Part shown: one piece after another, positions 49,301 through 64,000 of the stretch
How positions within the stretch are numbered: position 1 is the first letter of the stretch
Layout: each line of letters begins with the position of its first letter
From: Antedon mediterranea
Lineage: Eukaryota > Animalia > Echinodermata
Direction: 5' to 3'
DNA length: 64,000 nt
Assembly (NCBI RefSeq): GCF_964355755.1
Contig: NC_092675.1
Location: 13,984,912 to 14,048,911, forward strand
Position numbers and translations under genes: made by a program
The notes under the pieces: generated by a model
What the model saw: only the letters and a program-made list of their open reading frames with translations
Databases searched by the model: none
Told to the model about the DNA's origin: nothing

Positions 49301-52300
49301 TTTGTGATTTTCGAAAAAACTTGTTAACATAAAAACACCAAAGTGCTTAGATTAGCTTCAAATCGCATTTGGAGACGTTTTAGACCATTTTGTGCATTTC
49401 GATGAAACTTGGTTACACAAAAACATCAAAGTGCTTAAAATCACATTATAAACCATTTTAGACCATTTTGAGCATTTCGATAACACTTTTCACACAAAAA
49501 CATCAAAGAGCACAAAATAGCTTAATATCGTATTTAAAAACGTTTTAGACCATTTTGAGCATTTCGAAAAAACTTTTTCACACAAAACACCAAAGTGCTT
49601 AGAATAGCTTCAAATCGCATTTGGAGACGTTTTAGATCATTTTGTGATTTTCGAAAAAACTTGTTAACATAAAAACATCAAAGTGTACAGAATAACTTCA
49701 AATCGCATTTGGAGACCGTTTTAGGCCAATTTGTGATTTTCGAAAAAACTTGTTAACCTAAAAATACCAAAGTGTTTAGAATAGCTTCAAATCGCATTTG
49801 GAGACGTTTTAGACCATTTTGTGATTTTCGAAAAAACTTGTTAACATAAAAACACCAAAGTGCTTCAAATCGCATTTGGAGACATTTTAGACCAATTTGT
49901 GATTTTTGAAAAAACTTGTGAACATAAAAACACCAAAGTGCTTACAATAGCTTCAAATCGTATTTGGAGACGTTTTAGACCATTTTGTGATTTTCGAAAA
50001 AACTTGTTAACATAAAAACACCAAAGTACTTAGAATAGCTTCAAATCGCATTTGGAGACGTTTTAGACCATTTTATGCATTTCGATGAAACTTGGTTACA
50101 CAAAAACATCAAAGTGCTTAAAATCACATTATAATCCGTTTTAGACCATTTTGAGCATTTCGATAACACGTTTCACACAAAAACATCAAAGAGCACAAAA
50201 TAGCTTAATATCGTATTTAAAAACGTTTTAGACCATTTTGAGCATTTCGACAAAACTTTTTCACACAAAACACCAAAGTGCTTAGAATAGCTTCAAATCG
50301 CATTTGGAGACGTTTTAGACCATTTTGTGATTTTCGAAAAAAATTGTTAACATAAAAACATCAAAGTGTACAGAATAGCTTCAAATCGCATTTGGAGACC
50401 GTTTTAGGCCAATTTGTGATTTTCTAAAAAACTTGTTAACCTAAAAATACCAAAGTGTTTAGAATAGCTTCAAATCGCATTTGGAGACGTTTTAGACCAT
50501 TTTGTGATTTTCGAAAAAACTTGTTAACATAAAAACACCAAAGTGCTTAGAATAGCTTCAAATCGCATTTGGAGACATTTTAGACCAATTTGTGATTTTC
50601 GAAAAAACTTGTCAACATAAAAACACCAAAGTGTTTAGAATAGCTTCAAATCGCATTTGGAGACGTTTTAGACCAATTTGTGATTTTCGAAAAAACTTGT
50701 TAACATAAAAACACCAAAGTGCTTAGAATAGCTTCAAATCGCATTTGGAGACGTTTTAGACCAATTTTTGATTTTCGAAAAAACTTATCAACATAAAAAC
50801 ACCAAAGGGTTTAGAATAGCTTCAAATCGCATTTGGAGACGTTTTAGACCATTTTGTGATTTTGAAAAAACTTATTAACATAAAAACACCAAAGTGCTTA
50901 GAATAGCTTCAAATCGCATTTGGAGACGTTTTAGACCATTTTGTGATTTTCGAAAAAACTTGTTAACATAAAAACACCAAAGTGCTTAGAATAGCTTCAA
51001 ATCGTATTTGGAGACGTTTTAGACCATTTTGAGATTTTCGAAAAAACTTGGTTACACAAAAACATCAAAGTGCTTAAAATGACATTATAAACCGTTTTAG
51101 ACCATTTTGAGCATTTCGATAACACTTTTCACACAAAAACATCAAAGAGCACAAAATAGCTTAATATCGTATTTAAAAACGTTTTAAACCATTTTGAGCA
51201 TTTCGACAAAACTTTTTCACACAAAACACCAAAGTGCTTAGAATAGCTTCAAATCGCATTTGGAGACGTTTTAGACCAATTTGTGCATTTCGATGAAACT
51301 TGATTACACAAAAACATCAAAGTGCTTAAAATCACATCATAAACCGTTTTAGACCATTTTGAGCATTTCGATAACACTTTTCACACAAAAACATCAAAGA
51401 GCACAAAATAGCTTAATATCGTATTTAAAAACGTTTTAGACCATTTTGAGCATTTAGAAAAAACTTTTTCACACAAAACACCAAAGTGCTTAGAATAGCT
51501 TCAAATCGCATTTGGAGACGTTTTAGACCATTTTGTGATTTTTGAAAAAACTTGTTAAAATAAAAACACCAAAGTGCTTAGAATAGCTTCAAATCACATT
51601 TGGAGACATTTTAGACCATTTTGTGATTTTCGAAAAAACTTGTTAACATAAAAACACGAAAGTGCTTAGAATAGCTTCAAATCGCATTTGGAAACGTTTT
51701 AGACCATTTTGTGATTTTCGAAAAAACTTGTTAACATAAAAACACGAAAGTGCTTAGAATCACATTATAAACCGTTTTAGACCATTTTGAGCATTTCGAT
51801 AACAATTTTCACACAAAAACATCAAAGAGCACAAAAGAGCTTAATATCGTATTTAAAAATGTTTTAGACCATTTTGAGCATTTAGATAAAACTTTTTCAC
51901 ACAAAACACCAAAGTGCTTAGAATAGCTTCAAATCGCATTTGGAGACGTTTTAGACCATTTTGTGATTTTTGAAAAAACTTGTTAACATAAAAACACCAA
52001 AGTGCTTAGAATAGCTTCAAATCACATTTGGAGATGTTTTAGACCATTTTGTGATTTTTGAAAAAACTTGTTAACATAAAAACACGAAAGTGCTTAGAAT
52101 AGCTTCAAATCGCATTTGGAAACGTTTTAGACCATTTTGTGATTTTCGAAAAAGATTGTTAACATAAAAACACCAATGTGCTTAGAATCACATTATAAAC
52201 CGTTTTAGACCATTTTGAGCATTTCGATAACAATTTTCACACAAAAACATCAAAGAGCACAAAATAGCTTAATATCGTATTTATAAATGTTTTAGACCAT

Positions 52301-53249
52301 TTTGAGCATTTCGACAAAACTTTTTCACACAAAACACCAAAGTGCTTAGAATAGCTTCAAATCGCATTTGGAGACGTTTTTTATACCATTTTGTGATTTC
52401 GATGAAACTTGATTACACAAAAACATCAAAGTGCTTAAAATCACATTATAAACCGTTTTAGACCATTTTGAGCATTTCGATAACACTTTTCACACAAAAA
52501 CATCAAAGAGCACAAAATAGCTTAATATCGTATTTAAAAACGTTTTAGACCATTTTGAGCATTTAGACAAAACTTTTTCACACAAAACACCAAAGTGCTT
52601 AGAATAGCTTCAAATCGCATTTGGAGACGTTTTAGAACATTTTGTGTTTTTCGAAAAAAACTGTTAACATAAAAACACCAAAGTTCTTAGAATAGCTTCA
52701 AATCGCATTTGGAGACGTTTTAGAACATTTTGTGTTCTTCGAAAAAACCTGTTAACATAAAAACACCAAAGTGCTTAGAATAGCTTCAAATCGCATTTGG
52801 AGACGTTTTAGACCATTTTGTGATTTTTGAAAAAACTTGTTAACATAAAAACACCAAAGTGCTTAGAATAGCTTCAAATCACATTTGGAGACGTTTTAGA
52901 CCATTTTGTGATTTTCGAAAAAACTTGTTAACATAAAAACACGAAAGTGCTTAGAATAGCTTCAAATCGCATTTGGAAACGTTTTAGACCAGTTTGTGAT
53001 TTTCGAAAAAGATTGTTAACATAAAAACACCAAAGTGCTTAGAATCACAATATAAACCGTTTTAGACCATTTTGAGCATTTCGATAACAATTTTCACACA
53101 AAAACATCAAAGAGCACAAAATAGCTTAATATCGTATTTAAAAATGTTTTAGACCATTTTGAGCATTTAGATAAAACTTTTTCACACAAAACACCAAAGT
53201 GCTTAGAATAGCTTCAAATCGCATTTGGAGACGGTTTAGACCATTTTGT

Positions 53250-56200
53250 GATTTTGAAAAAACTTGTTAACATAAAAACACCAAAGTGCTTAGAATAGCT
53301 TCAAATCGCATTTGGAGACGTTTAAGACCATTTTGTGATTTTCGGAAAAACTTGTTAACATAAAAACACCAAAGTGCTTAGAATAGCTTCAAATCGTATT
53401 TGGAGACGTTTTAGACCATTTTGAGATTTTCGAAAAAACTTGGTTACACAAAAACATCAAAGTGCTTAAAATCACATTATAAACCGTTTTAGACCATTTT
53501 GAACATTTCGATAACACTTTTCACACAAAAACATCAAAGAGCACAAAATAGCTTAATATCGTATTTAAAAACGTTTTAGACCATTTTGAGCATTTCGACA
53601 AAACTTTTTCACACAAAACACCAAAGTGCTTAGAATAGCTTCAAATCGCATTTGGAGACGTTTTAGACCAATTTGTGCATTTCGATGAAACTTGATTACA
53701 CAAAAACATCAACGTGCTTAAAATCAAATTATAAACCGTTTTAGACCATTTTGAGCATTTCGATAACACTTTTCACACAAAAACATCAAAGAGCACAAAA
53801 TAGCTTAATATCGTATTTAAAAACGTTTTAGACCATTTTGAGCATTTAGACAAAACTTTTTCACACAAAACACCAAAGTGCTTAGAATAGCTTCAAATCG
53901 CATTTGGAGACGTTTTAGACCATTTTGTGCATTTCGATGAAACTTGGTTACACAAAAACATCAAAGTGCTTAAAATCACATTATAAATCGTTTTAGACCA
54001 TTTTGAGCATTTCGACAAAACTTTTTCACACAAAATACCAAAGGGCTTAGAATAGCTTCAAATCGCATTTGGAGACGTTTTAGACCATTTTGTGATTTTC
54101 GAAAAAACTTTTTAACATAAAAACACCAAAGTGCTTAGAATAGCTTCAAATCACATTTGGAGACGTTTTAGACCATTTTGTGATTTTCGAAAAAACTTGT
54201 TAACATAAAAACACGAAAGTGCTTAGAATAGCTTCAAATCGCATTTGGAAACGTTTTAGACCATTTTGTGATTTTCGAAAAAAATTGTTAACATAAAAAC
54301 ACCAAAGTGCTTAGAATCACATTATAAAACCGTTTTAGACCATTTTGAGCATTTCGATAACAATTTTCACAATAAAACATCAAAGAGCACAAAATAGCTT
54401 AATATCGTATTTAAAAATGTTTTAGACCATTTTGAGCATTTAGATAAAACTTTTTCACACAAAACACCAAAGTGCTTAGAATAGCTTCAAATCGCATTTG
54501 GAGACGTTTTAGACCATTTTGTGATTTTTGAAAAAACTTGTTAACATAAAAACACCAAACTGCTTAGAATAGCTTCAAATCACATTTGGAGACGTTTTAG
54601 ACCATTTTGTGATTTTCGAAAAAACTTGTTAACATAAAAACACGAAAGTGCTTAGAATAGCTTCAAATCGCATTTGGAAACGTTTTAGACCATTTTGTGA
54701 TTTTCGAAAAAACTTGTTAACATAAAAACACGAAAGTGCCTAGAATAGCTTCAAATCGCATTTGGAAACGTTTTAGACCATTTTGTGATTTTCGAAAAAA
54801 ATTGTTAACATAAAAACACCAAAGTGTTTAAAATAGCTTCAAATCGCATTTGGAGACGTTTTAGACCAATTTGTGATTTTCGAAAAAACTTATCAACATA
54901 AAAACACCAAAGGGTTTAGAATAGCTTCAAATCGCATTTGGAGACGTTTTAGACCATTTTGTGATTTTGAAAAAACTTGTTAACATAAAAACACCAAAGT
55001 GCTTAGAATAGCTTCAAATCGCATTTGGAGACGTTTTAGACCATTTTGTGATTTTCGAAAAAACTTGTTAACATAAAAACACCAAAGTGCTTAGAATAGC
55101 TTCAAATCGTATTTGGAGACGTTTTAGACCATTTTGAGATTTTCGAAAAAACTTGGTTACACAAAAACATCAAAGTGCTTAAAATCACATTATAAACCGT
55201 TTTAGACCATTTTGAGCATTTCGATAACACTTTTCACACAAAAACATCAAAGAGCACAAAATAGCTTAATATCGTATTTAAAAACGTTTTAGACCATTTT
55301 GAGCATTTCGACAAAACTTTTTCACACAAAACACCAAAGTGCTTAGAATAGCTTCAAATCGCATTTGGAGACGTTTTAGACCAATTTGTGCATTTCGATG
55401 AAACTTGATTACACAAAAACATCAAAGTGCTTAAAATCACATTATAAACCGTTTTAGACCATTTTGAGCATTTCGATAACACTTTTCACACAAAAACATC
55501 AAAGAGCACAAAATAGCTTAATATCGTATTTAAAAACGTTTTAGACCATTTTGAGCATTTAGACAAAACTTTTTCACACAAAACACCAAAGTGCTTAGAA
55601 TAGCTTCAAATCGCATTTGGAGACGTTTTAGACCATTTTGTGCATTTCGATGAAACTTGGTTACACAAAAACATCAAAGTGCTTAAAATCACATTATAAA
55701 TCGTTTTAGACCATTTTGAGCATTTCGACAAAACTTTTTCACACAAAATACCAAAGGGCTTAGAATAGCTTCAAATCGCATTTGGAGACGTTTTAGACTA
55801 TTTTGTGATTTTCGAAAAAACTTTTTAACATAAAAACACCAAAGTGCTTAGAATAGCTTCAAATCACATTTGGAGACGTTTTAGACCATTTTGTGATTTT
55901 CGAAAAAACTTGTTAACATAAAAACACGAAAGTGCTTAGAATAGCTTCAAATCGCATTTGGAAACGTTTTAGACCATTTTGTGATTTTCGAAAAAAATTG
56001 TTAACATAAAAACACCAAAGTGCTTAGAATCACATTATAAACCGTTTTAGACCATTTTGAGCATTTCGATAACAATTTTCACACAAAAACATCAAAGAGC
56101 ACAAAATAGCTTAATATCGTATTTAAAAATGTTTTAGACCATTTTGAGCATTTAGATAAAACTTTTTCACACAAAACACCAAAGTGCTTAGAATAGCTTC

Positions 56201-59200
56201 AAATCGCATTTGGAGACGTTTTAGACCATTTTGTGATTTTTGAAAAAACTTGTTAACATAAAAACACCAAAGTGCTTAGAATAGCTTCAAATCACATTTG
56301 GAGACGTTTTAGACCATTTTGTGATTTTCGAAAAAACTTGTTAACATAAAAACACGAAAGTGCTTAGAATAGCTTCAAATCGCATTTGGAAACGTTTTAG
56401 ACCATTTTGTGATTTTCGAAAAAACTTGTTAACATAAAAACACGAAAGTGCCTAGAATAGCTTCAAATCGCATTTGGAAACGTTTTAGACCATTTTGTGA
56501 TTTTCGAAAAAAATTGTTAACATAAAAACACCAAAGTGTTTAAAATAGCTTCAAATCGCATTTGGAGACGTTTTAGACCAATTTGTGATTTTCGAAAAAA
56601 CTTATCAACATAAAAACACCAAAGGGTTTAGAATAGCTTCAAATCGCATTTGGAGACGTTTTAGACCATTTTGTGATTTTGAAAAAACTTGTTAACATAA
56701 AAACACCAAAGTGCTTAGAATAGCTTCAAATCGCATTTGGAGACGTTTTAGACCATTTTGTGATTTTCGAAAAAACTTGTTAACATAAAAACACCAAAGT
56801 GCTTAGAATAGCTTCAAATCGCATTTGGAGACGTTTTAGACCATTTTGTGATTTTCGAAAAAACTTGTTAACTTAAAAACACCAAAGTGCTTAGAATAGC
56901 TTCAAATCGTATTTGGAGACGTTTTAGACCATTTTGAGATTTTCGAAAAAAACTTGGTTACACAAAAACATCAAAGTGCTTAAAATCACATTATAAACCG
57001 TTTTAGACCATTTTGAGCATTTCGATAACACTTTTCACACAAAAACATCAAAGAGCACAAAATAGCTTAATATCGTATTTAAAAACGTTTTAGACCATTT
57101 TGAGCATTTCGACAAAACTTTTTCACACAAAACACTAAAGTGCTTAGAATAGCTTCAAATCGCATTTGGAGACGTTTTAGACCAATTTGTGCATTTCGAT
57201 GAAACTTGATTACACAAAAACATCAAAGTGCTTAAAATCACATTATAAACCGTTTTAGACCATTTTGAGCATTTCGATAACACTTTTCACACAAAAATAT
57301 CAAAGAGCACAAAATAGCTTAATATCGTATTTAAAAACGTTTTAGACAATTTTGAGCATTTAGATAAAACTTTTTCACACAAAACACCAAAGTGCTTAGA
57401 ATAGCTTCAAATCGCATTTGGAGACGTTTTAGACCATTTTGTGCATTTCGATGAAACTTGGTTACACAAAAACATCAAAGTGCTTAAAATCACATTATAA
57501 ATCGTTTTAGACCATTTTGAGCATTTCGACAAAACTTTTTCACACAAAATACCAAAGGGCTTAGAATAGCTTCAAATCGCATTTGGAGACGTTTTAGACC
57601 ATTTTGTGATTTTCGAAAAAACTTTTTAACATAAAAACACCAAAGTGCTTAGAATAGCTTCAAATCACATTTGGAGACGTTTTAGACCATTTTGTGATTT
57701 TCGAAAAAACTTGTTAACATAAAAACACGAAAGTGCTTAGAATAGCTTCAAATCGCATTTGGAAACGTTTTAGACCATTTTGTGATTTTCGAAAAAAATT
57801 GTTAACATAAAAACACCAAAGTGCTTAGAATCACATTATAAACCGTTTTAGACCATTTTGAGCATTTCGATAACAATTTTCACACAAAAACATCAAAGAG
57901 CACAAAATAGCTTAATATCGTATTTAAAAATGTTTTAGACCATTTTGAGCATTTAGATAAAACTTTTTCACACAAAACACCAAAGTGCTTAGAATAGCTT
58001 CAAATCGCATTTGGAGACGTTTTAGACCATTTTGTGATTTTTGAAAAAACTTGTTAACATAAAAACACCAAAGTGCTTAGAATAGCTTCAAATCACATTT
58101 GGAGACGTTTTAGACCATTTTGTGATTTTCGAAAAAACTTGTTAACATAAAAACACGAAAGTGCTTAGAATAGCTTCAAATCGCATTTGGAAACGTTTTA
58201 GACCATTTTGTGATTTTCGAAAAAACTTGTTAACATAAAAACACGAAAGTGCTTAGAATAGCTTCAAATCGCATTTGGAAACGTTTTAGACCATTTTGTG
58301 ATTTTCGAAAAAAATTGTTAACATAAAAACACCAAAGTGTTTAGAATAGCTTCAAATCGCATTTGGAGACGTTTTAGACCAATTTGTGATTTTCGAAAAA
58401 ACTTATCAACATAAAAACACCAAAGGGTTTAGAATAGCTTCAAATCGCATTTGGAGACGTTTTAGACCATTTTGTGATTTTGAAAAAACTTGTTAACATA
58501 AAAACACCAAAGTGCTTAGAATAGCTTCAAATCGCATTTGGAGACGTTTTAGACCATTTTGTGATTTTCGAAAAAACTTGTTAACATAAAAACACCAAAG
58601 TGCTTAGAATAGCTTCAAATCGTATTTGGAGACGTTTTAAACCATTTTGAGATTTTCGAAAAAACTTGGTTACACAAAAACATCAAAGTGCTTAAAATCA
58701 CATTATAAACCGTTTTAGACCATTTTGAGCATTTCGATAACACTTTTAACACAAAAACATCAAAGAGCACAAAATAGCTTAATATCGTATTTAAAAACGT
58801 TTTAGACCATTTTGAGCATTTCGACAAAACTTTTTCACACAAAACACCAAAGTGCTTAGAATAGCTTCAAATCGCATTTGGAGACGTTTTAGACCAATTT
58901 GTGCATTTCGATGAAACTTGATTACACAAAAACATCAAAGTACTTAAAATCACATTATAAACCGTTTTAGACCATTTTGAGCATTTCGATAACACTTTTC
59001 ACACAAAAACATCAAAGAGCACAAAATAGCTTAATATCGTATTTAAAAACGTTTTAGACCATTTTGAGCATTTAGACAAAACTTTTTCACACAAAACACC
59101 AAAGTGCTTAGAATAGCTTCAAATCGCATTTGGAGACGTTTTAGACCATTTTGTGCATTTCGATGAAACTTGGTTACACAAAAACATCAAAGTGCTTAAA

Positions 59201-60200
59201 ATCACATTATAAATCGTTTTAGACCATTTTGAGCATTTCGACAAAACTTTTTCACACAAAATACCAAAGTTCTTAGAATAGCTTCAAATCGCATTTGGAG
59301 ACGTTTTAGACCATTTTGTGATTTTCGAAAAAACTTTTTAACATAAAAACACCAAAGTGCTTAGAATAGCTTCAAATCACATTTGGAGACGTTTTAGACC
59401 ATTTTGTGATTTTCGAAAAAACTTGTTAACATAAAAACACGAAAGTGCTTAGAATAGCTTCAAATCGCATTTGGAAACGTTTTAGACCATTTTGTGATTT
59501 TCGAAAAAAATTGTTAACATAAAAACACCAAAGTGCTTAGAATCACATTATAAACCGTTTTAGACCATTTTGAGCATTTCGATAACAATTTTCACACAAA
59601 AACATCAAAGAGCACAAAATAGCTTAATATCGTATTTAAAAATGTTTTAGACCATTTTGAGCATTTAGATAAAACTTTTTCACACAAAACACCAAAGTCC
59701 TTAGAATAGCTTCAAATCGCATTTGGAGACGTTTTAGACCATTTTGTGATTTTTGAAAAAACTTGTTAACATAAAAACACCAAAGTGCTTAGAATAGCTT
59801 CAAATCACATTTGGAGACGTTTTAGACCATTTTGTGATTTTCGAAAAAACTTGTTAACATAAAAACACGAAAGTGCTTAGAATAGCTTCAAATCGCATTT
59901 GGAAACGTTTTAGACCATTTTGTGATTTTCGAAAAAACTTGTTAACATAAAAACACGAAAGTGCTTAGAATAGCTTCAAATCGCATTTGGAAACGTTTTA
60001 GACCATTTTGTGATTTTCGAAAAAAATTGTTAACATAAAAACACCAAAGTGTTTAGAATAGCTTCAAATCGCATTTGGAGACGTTTTAGACCAATTTGTG
60101 ATTTTCGAAAAAACTTATCAACATAAAAACACCAAAGGGTTTAGAATAGCTTCAAATCGCATTTGGAGACGTTTTAGACCATTTTGTAATTTTCAAAAAA
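53250..60200. repeat. About four tandem copies of a ~1,712-bp, 20-monomer higher-order repeat (boundaries approximate)
   Basis: The B/C-hybrid marker CAAAATACCAAAG recurs at about 54036, 55749, 57550 and 59262 (spacings 1713, 1801, 1712). Counting 57550-59262 gives 13 A/D, 4 B-type and 3 C monomers, which sum to 1,712 bp. The 1,801-bp unit has one extra 88-bp monomer. Confidence 0.85.
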
Positions 60201-63200
60201 ACTTGTTAACATAAAAACACGAAAGTGCTTAGAATAGCTTCAAATCGCATTTGGAAACGTTTTAGACCATTTTGTGATTTTCGAAAAAACTTGTTAACAT
60301 AAAAACATGAAAGTGCTTAGAATAGCTTCAAATCGTATTTGGAGACGTTTTAGACCATTTTGTGATTTTCGAAAAAACTTGTTAACATAAAAACACCAAA
60401 GTGCTTAGAATAGCTTCAAATCGCATTTGGAGACGTTTTAGACCATTTTGTGCATTTCGATGAAACTTGGTTACACAAAAACATCAAAGTGCTTAAAATC
60501 ACATTATAAACCATTTTAGACCATTTTGAGCATTTCGATAACACTTTTCACACAAAAACATCAAAGAGCACAAAATAGCTTAATATCGTATTTAAAAACG
60601 TTTTAGACCATTTTGAGCATTTCGACAAAACTTTTTCACACAAAACACCAAAGTGCTTAGAATAGCTTCAAATCGCATTTGGAAACGTTTTAGACCATTT
60701 TGTGATTTTCGAAAAAAATTGTTAACATAAAAACACCAAAGTGCTTAGAATCACATTATAAACCGTTTTAGACCATTTTGAGCATTTCGATAACAATTTT
60801 CACACAAAAACATCAAAGAGCACAAAATAGCTTAATATCGTATTTAAAAATGTTTTAGACCATTTTGAGCATTTAGAAAAAACTTTTTCACACAAAACAC
60901 CAAAGTGCTTAGAATAGCTTCAAATCGCATTTGGAGACGTTTTAGACCATTTTAAATTTTTCGAAAAAACTTGGTTACACAAAAACATCAAAGTGCTTAA
61001 AATCACATTATAAACCGTTTTAGACCATTTTGAGCATTTCGATAACACTTTTCACACAAAAACATCAAAGAGCACAAAATAGCTTAATATCGTATTTAAA
61101 AACGTTTTAGACCATTTTGAGCATTTCGACAAAACTTTTTCACACAAAACACCAACGTGCTTAGAATAGCTTCAAATCGCATTTGGAGACGTTTTAGACC
61201 AATTTGTGCATTTCGATGAAACCTGGTTACACAAAAACATCAAAGTGCTTAAAATCACATTATAAATCGTTTTAGACCATTTTGAGCATTTCGATAACAC
61301 TTTTCACACAAAAACATCAAAGAGCACAAAATAGCTTAATATCTTATTTAAAAACGTTTTAGACCATTTTGAGCATTTAGACAAAACTTTTTCACATAAA
61401 AACACCAAAGTGCTTAGAATAGCTTCAAATCGTATTTGGAGACGTTTTAGACCATTTTGTGATTTTCGAAAAAACTTGTTAACATAAAAACACCAAAGTG
61501 CTTAGAATAGCTTCAAATCGCATTTGGAGACATTTTAGACCAATTTGTGATTTTCGAAAAAAACTTGTCAACATAAAAACACCAAAGTGTTTAGAATAGC
61601 TTCAAATCGCATTTGGAGACGTTTTAGACCAATTTGTGATTTTCGAAAAAAACTTATCAACATAAAAACACCAAAGGGTTTAGAATAGCTTCAAATCGCA
61701 TTTTGAGACGTTTTAGACCATTTTGTGATTTTCGAAAAAACTTGTTAACATAAAAACACGAAAGTGCTTAGAATAGCTTCAAATCGCATTTGGAAACGTT
61801 TTATTCCATTTTGTGATTTTCGAAAAAAATTGTTAACATAAAAACACCAAAGTGCTTAGAATCACATTATAAACAGTTTTAGACCATTTTGAGCATTTCG
61901 ATAACAATTTTCACACAAAAACATCAAAGAGCACAAAATAGCTTAATATCGTATTTAAAAATGTTTTAGACCATTTTGAGCATTTAGAAAAAACTTTTTC
62001 ACACAAAACACCAAAGTGCTTAGAATAGCTTCAAATCGCATTTGGAGACGGTTTAGACCATTTTGTGATTTTGAAAAAACTTGTTAACATAAAAACACCA
62101 AAGTGCTTAGAATAGCTTCAAATCGCATTTGGAGACGTTTTAGACCATTTTGTGATTTTCGAAAAAACTTGTTAACATAAAAACACCAAAGTGCTTAGAA
62201 TAGCTTCAAATTGCATTTGGAGACGTTTTAGACCATTTTGTGATTTTCGAAAAAACTTGTTAACATAAAAACACCAAAGTGCTTAGAATAGCTTAAAATC
62301 GTATTTGGAGACGTTTTAGACCATTTTGAGATTTTCGAAAAAACTTGGTTACACAAAAACATCAAAGTGCTTAAAATCACATTATAAACCGTTTTAGACC
62401 ATTTTCAGCATTTCGATAACACTTTCACACAAAAACATCAAAGAGCACAAAATAGCTTAATATCGTATTTAAAAACGTTTTAGACCATTTTGAGCATTTC
62501 GACAAAACTTTTTCACACAAAACACCAAAGTGCTTAGAATAGCTTCAAATCGCATTTGGAGACGTTTTAGACCAATTTTTGCATTTCGATGAAACTTGAT
62601 TACACAAAAACATCAAAGTGTTTAAAATTACATTATAAACCGTTTTAGACCATTTTGAGCATTTCGATAACACTTTTCACACAAAAACATCAAAGAGCAC
62701 AAAATAGCTTAATATCGTATTTAAAAACGTTTTAGACCATTTTGAGCATTTAGACAAAACTTTTTCACACAAAACTCCAAAGTGCTTAGAATAGCTTCAA
62801 ATCGCATTTGGAGACGTTTTAGAACATTTTGTGTTTTTCGAAAAAACCTGTTAACATAAAAACACCAAAGTGCTTAGAATAGCTTCAAATCGCATTTGGA
62901 GACTATTTAGACCATTTTGTGATTTTTGAAAAAACTTGTTAACATAAAAACACGAAAGTGCTTAGAATAGCTTCAAATCGCATTTGGAAACGTTTTAGAC
63001 CATTTTGTGATTTTCGAAAAAGATTGTTAACATAAAAACACCAATGTGCTTAGAATCACATTATACACCGTTTTAGACCATTTTGAGCATTTCGATAACA
63101 ATTTTCACACAAAAACATCAAAGGGCACAAAATAGCTTAATATCGTATTTAAAAATGTTTTAGACCATTTTGAGCATTTAGATAAAACTTTTTCACACAA

Positions 63201-64000
63201 AACACCAAAGTGCTTAGAATAGCTTCAAATCGCATTTGGAGACGGTTTAGAACATTTTGTGATTTTGAAAAAACTTGTTAACATAAAAACACCAAAGTGC
63301 TTAGAATAGCTTCAAATCGCATTTGGAGACGTTTTAGACCATTTTGTGATTTTCGAAAAAACTTGTTAACATAAAAACACCAAAGTGCTTAGAATAGCTT
63401 CAAATCGTATTTGGAGACGTTTTAGACCATTTTGAGATTTTCGAAAAAACTTGGTTACACAAAAACATCAAAGTGCTTAAAATCACATTATAAACCGTTT
63501 TAGACCATTTTGAGCATTTCGATAACACTTTTCACACAAAAACATCAAAGAGCACAAAATAGCTTAATATCGTATTTAAAAACGTTTTAGACCATTTTGA
63601 GCATTTCGAAAAAACTTTTTCACACAAAACACCAAAGTGCTTAGAATAGCTTCAAATCGCATTTGGAGACGTTTTAGACCAATTTGTGCATTTCGATGAA
63701 ACTTGATTACACAAAAACATCAAAGTGCTTAAAATCACATTATAAACCGTTTTAGACCATTTTGAGCATTTCGATAACACTTTTCACACAAAAACATCAA
63801 AGAGCACAAAATAGCTTAATATCGTATTTAAAAACGTTTTAGACCATTTTGAGCATTTCGACAAAACTTTTTCACACAAAACACCAAAGTGCTTAGAATA
63901 GCTTCAAATCGCATTTGGAGACGTTTTAGACCATTTTGTGCATTTCGATGAAACTTGGTTACACAAAAACATCAAAGTGCTTAAAATCACATTATAAATC

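Larger units (their letters stand above)
23268..64000. repeat. Satellite DNA array, block 3 (runs off the window's right edge)
   Basis: About 40.7 kb of the same A/B/C/D monomers in the same orientation. I saw no foreign insertion or inversion on reading through. Confidence 0.98.

Noticed and set aside
58615-58842. 75-aa minus-strand ORF
   Set aside because: A repetitive translation of satellite monomers.
1-64000. CRISPR array (GTTTTAGA... core superficially resembles type II repeat starts)
   Set aside because: There are no unique spacers, because the sequence between cores is itself repeated hundreds of times. There are no cas genes and the context is eukaryotic satellite.

Overview
The window is eukaryotic (animal-like) satellite DNA with no supportable protein-coding gene. 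About 94% is one head-to-tail, single-orientation, AT-rich tandem array of related 88/77/87-bp monomers, organised into higher-order repeats and kb-scale duplications, which looks (peri)centromeric. Two unrelated non-autonomous DNA transposons interrupt it. The first is a 1,055-bp piggyBac-like element (16242-17296, 14-bp TIRs starting CAC). The second is a 2,917-bp Kolobok-like element (20351-23267, 15-bp TIRs starting AA). Both are flanked by duplicated TTAA and both sit in the same TTAA of the same minority 87-bp monomer type. Element-free paralogues of both sites are present in the window. All six supplied ORFs appear spurious. Coordinates and offsets were counted by eye and may be off by a few bases.
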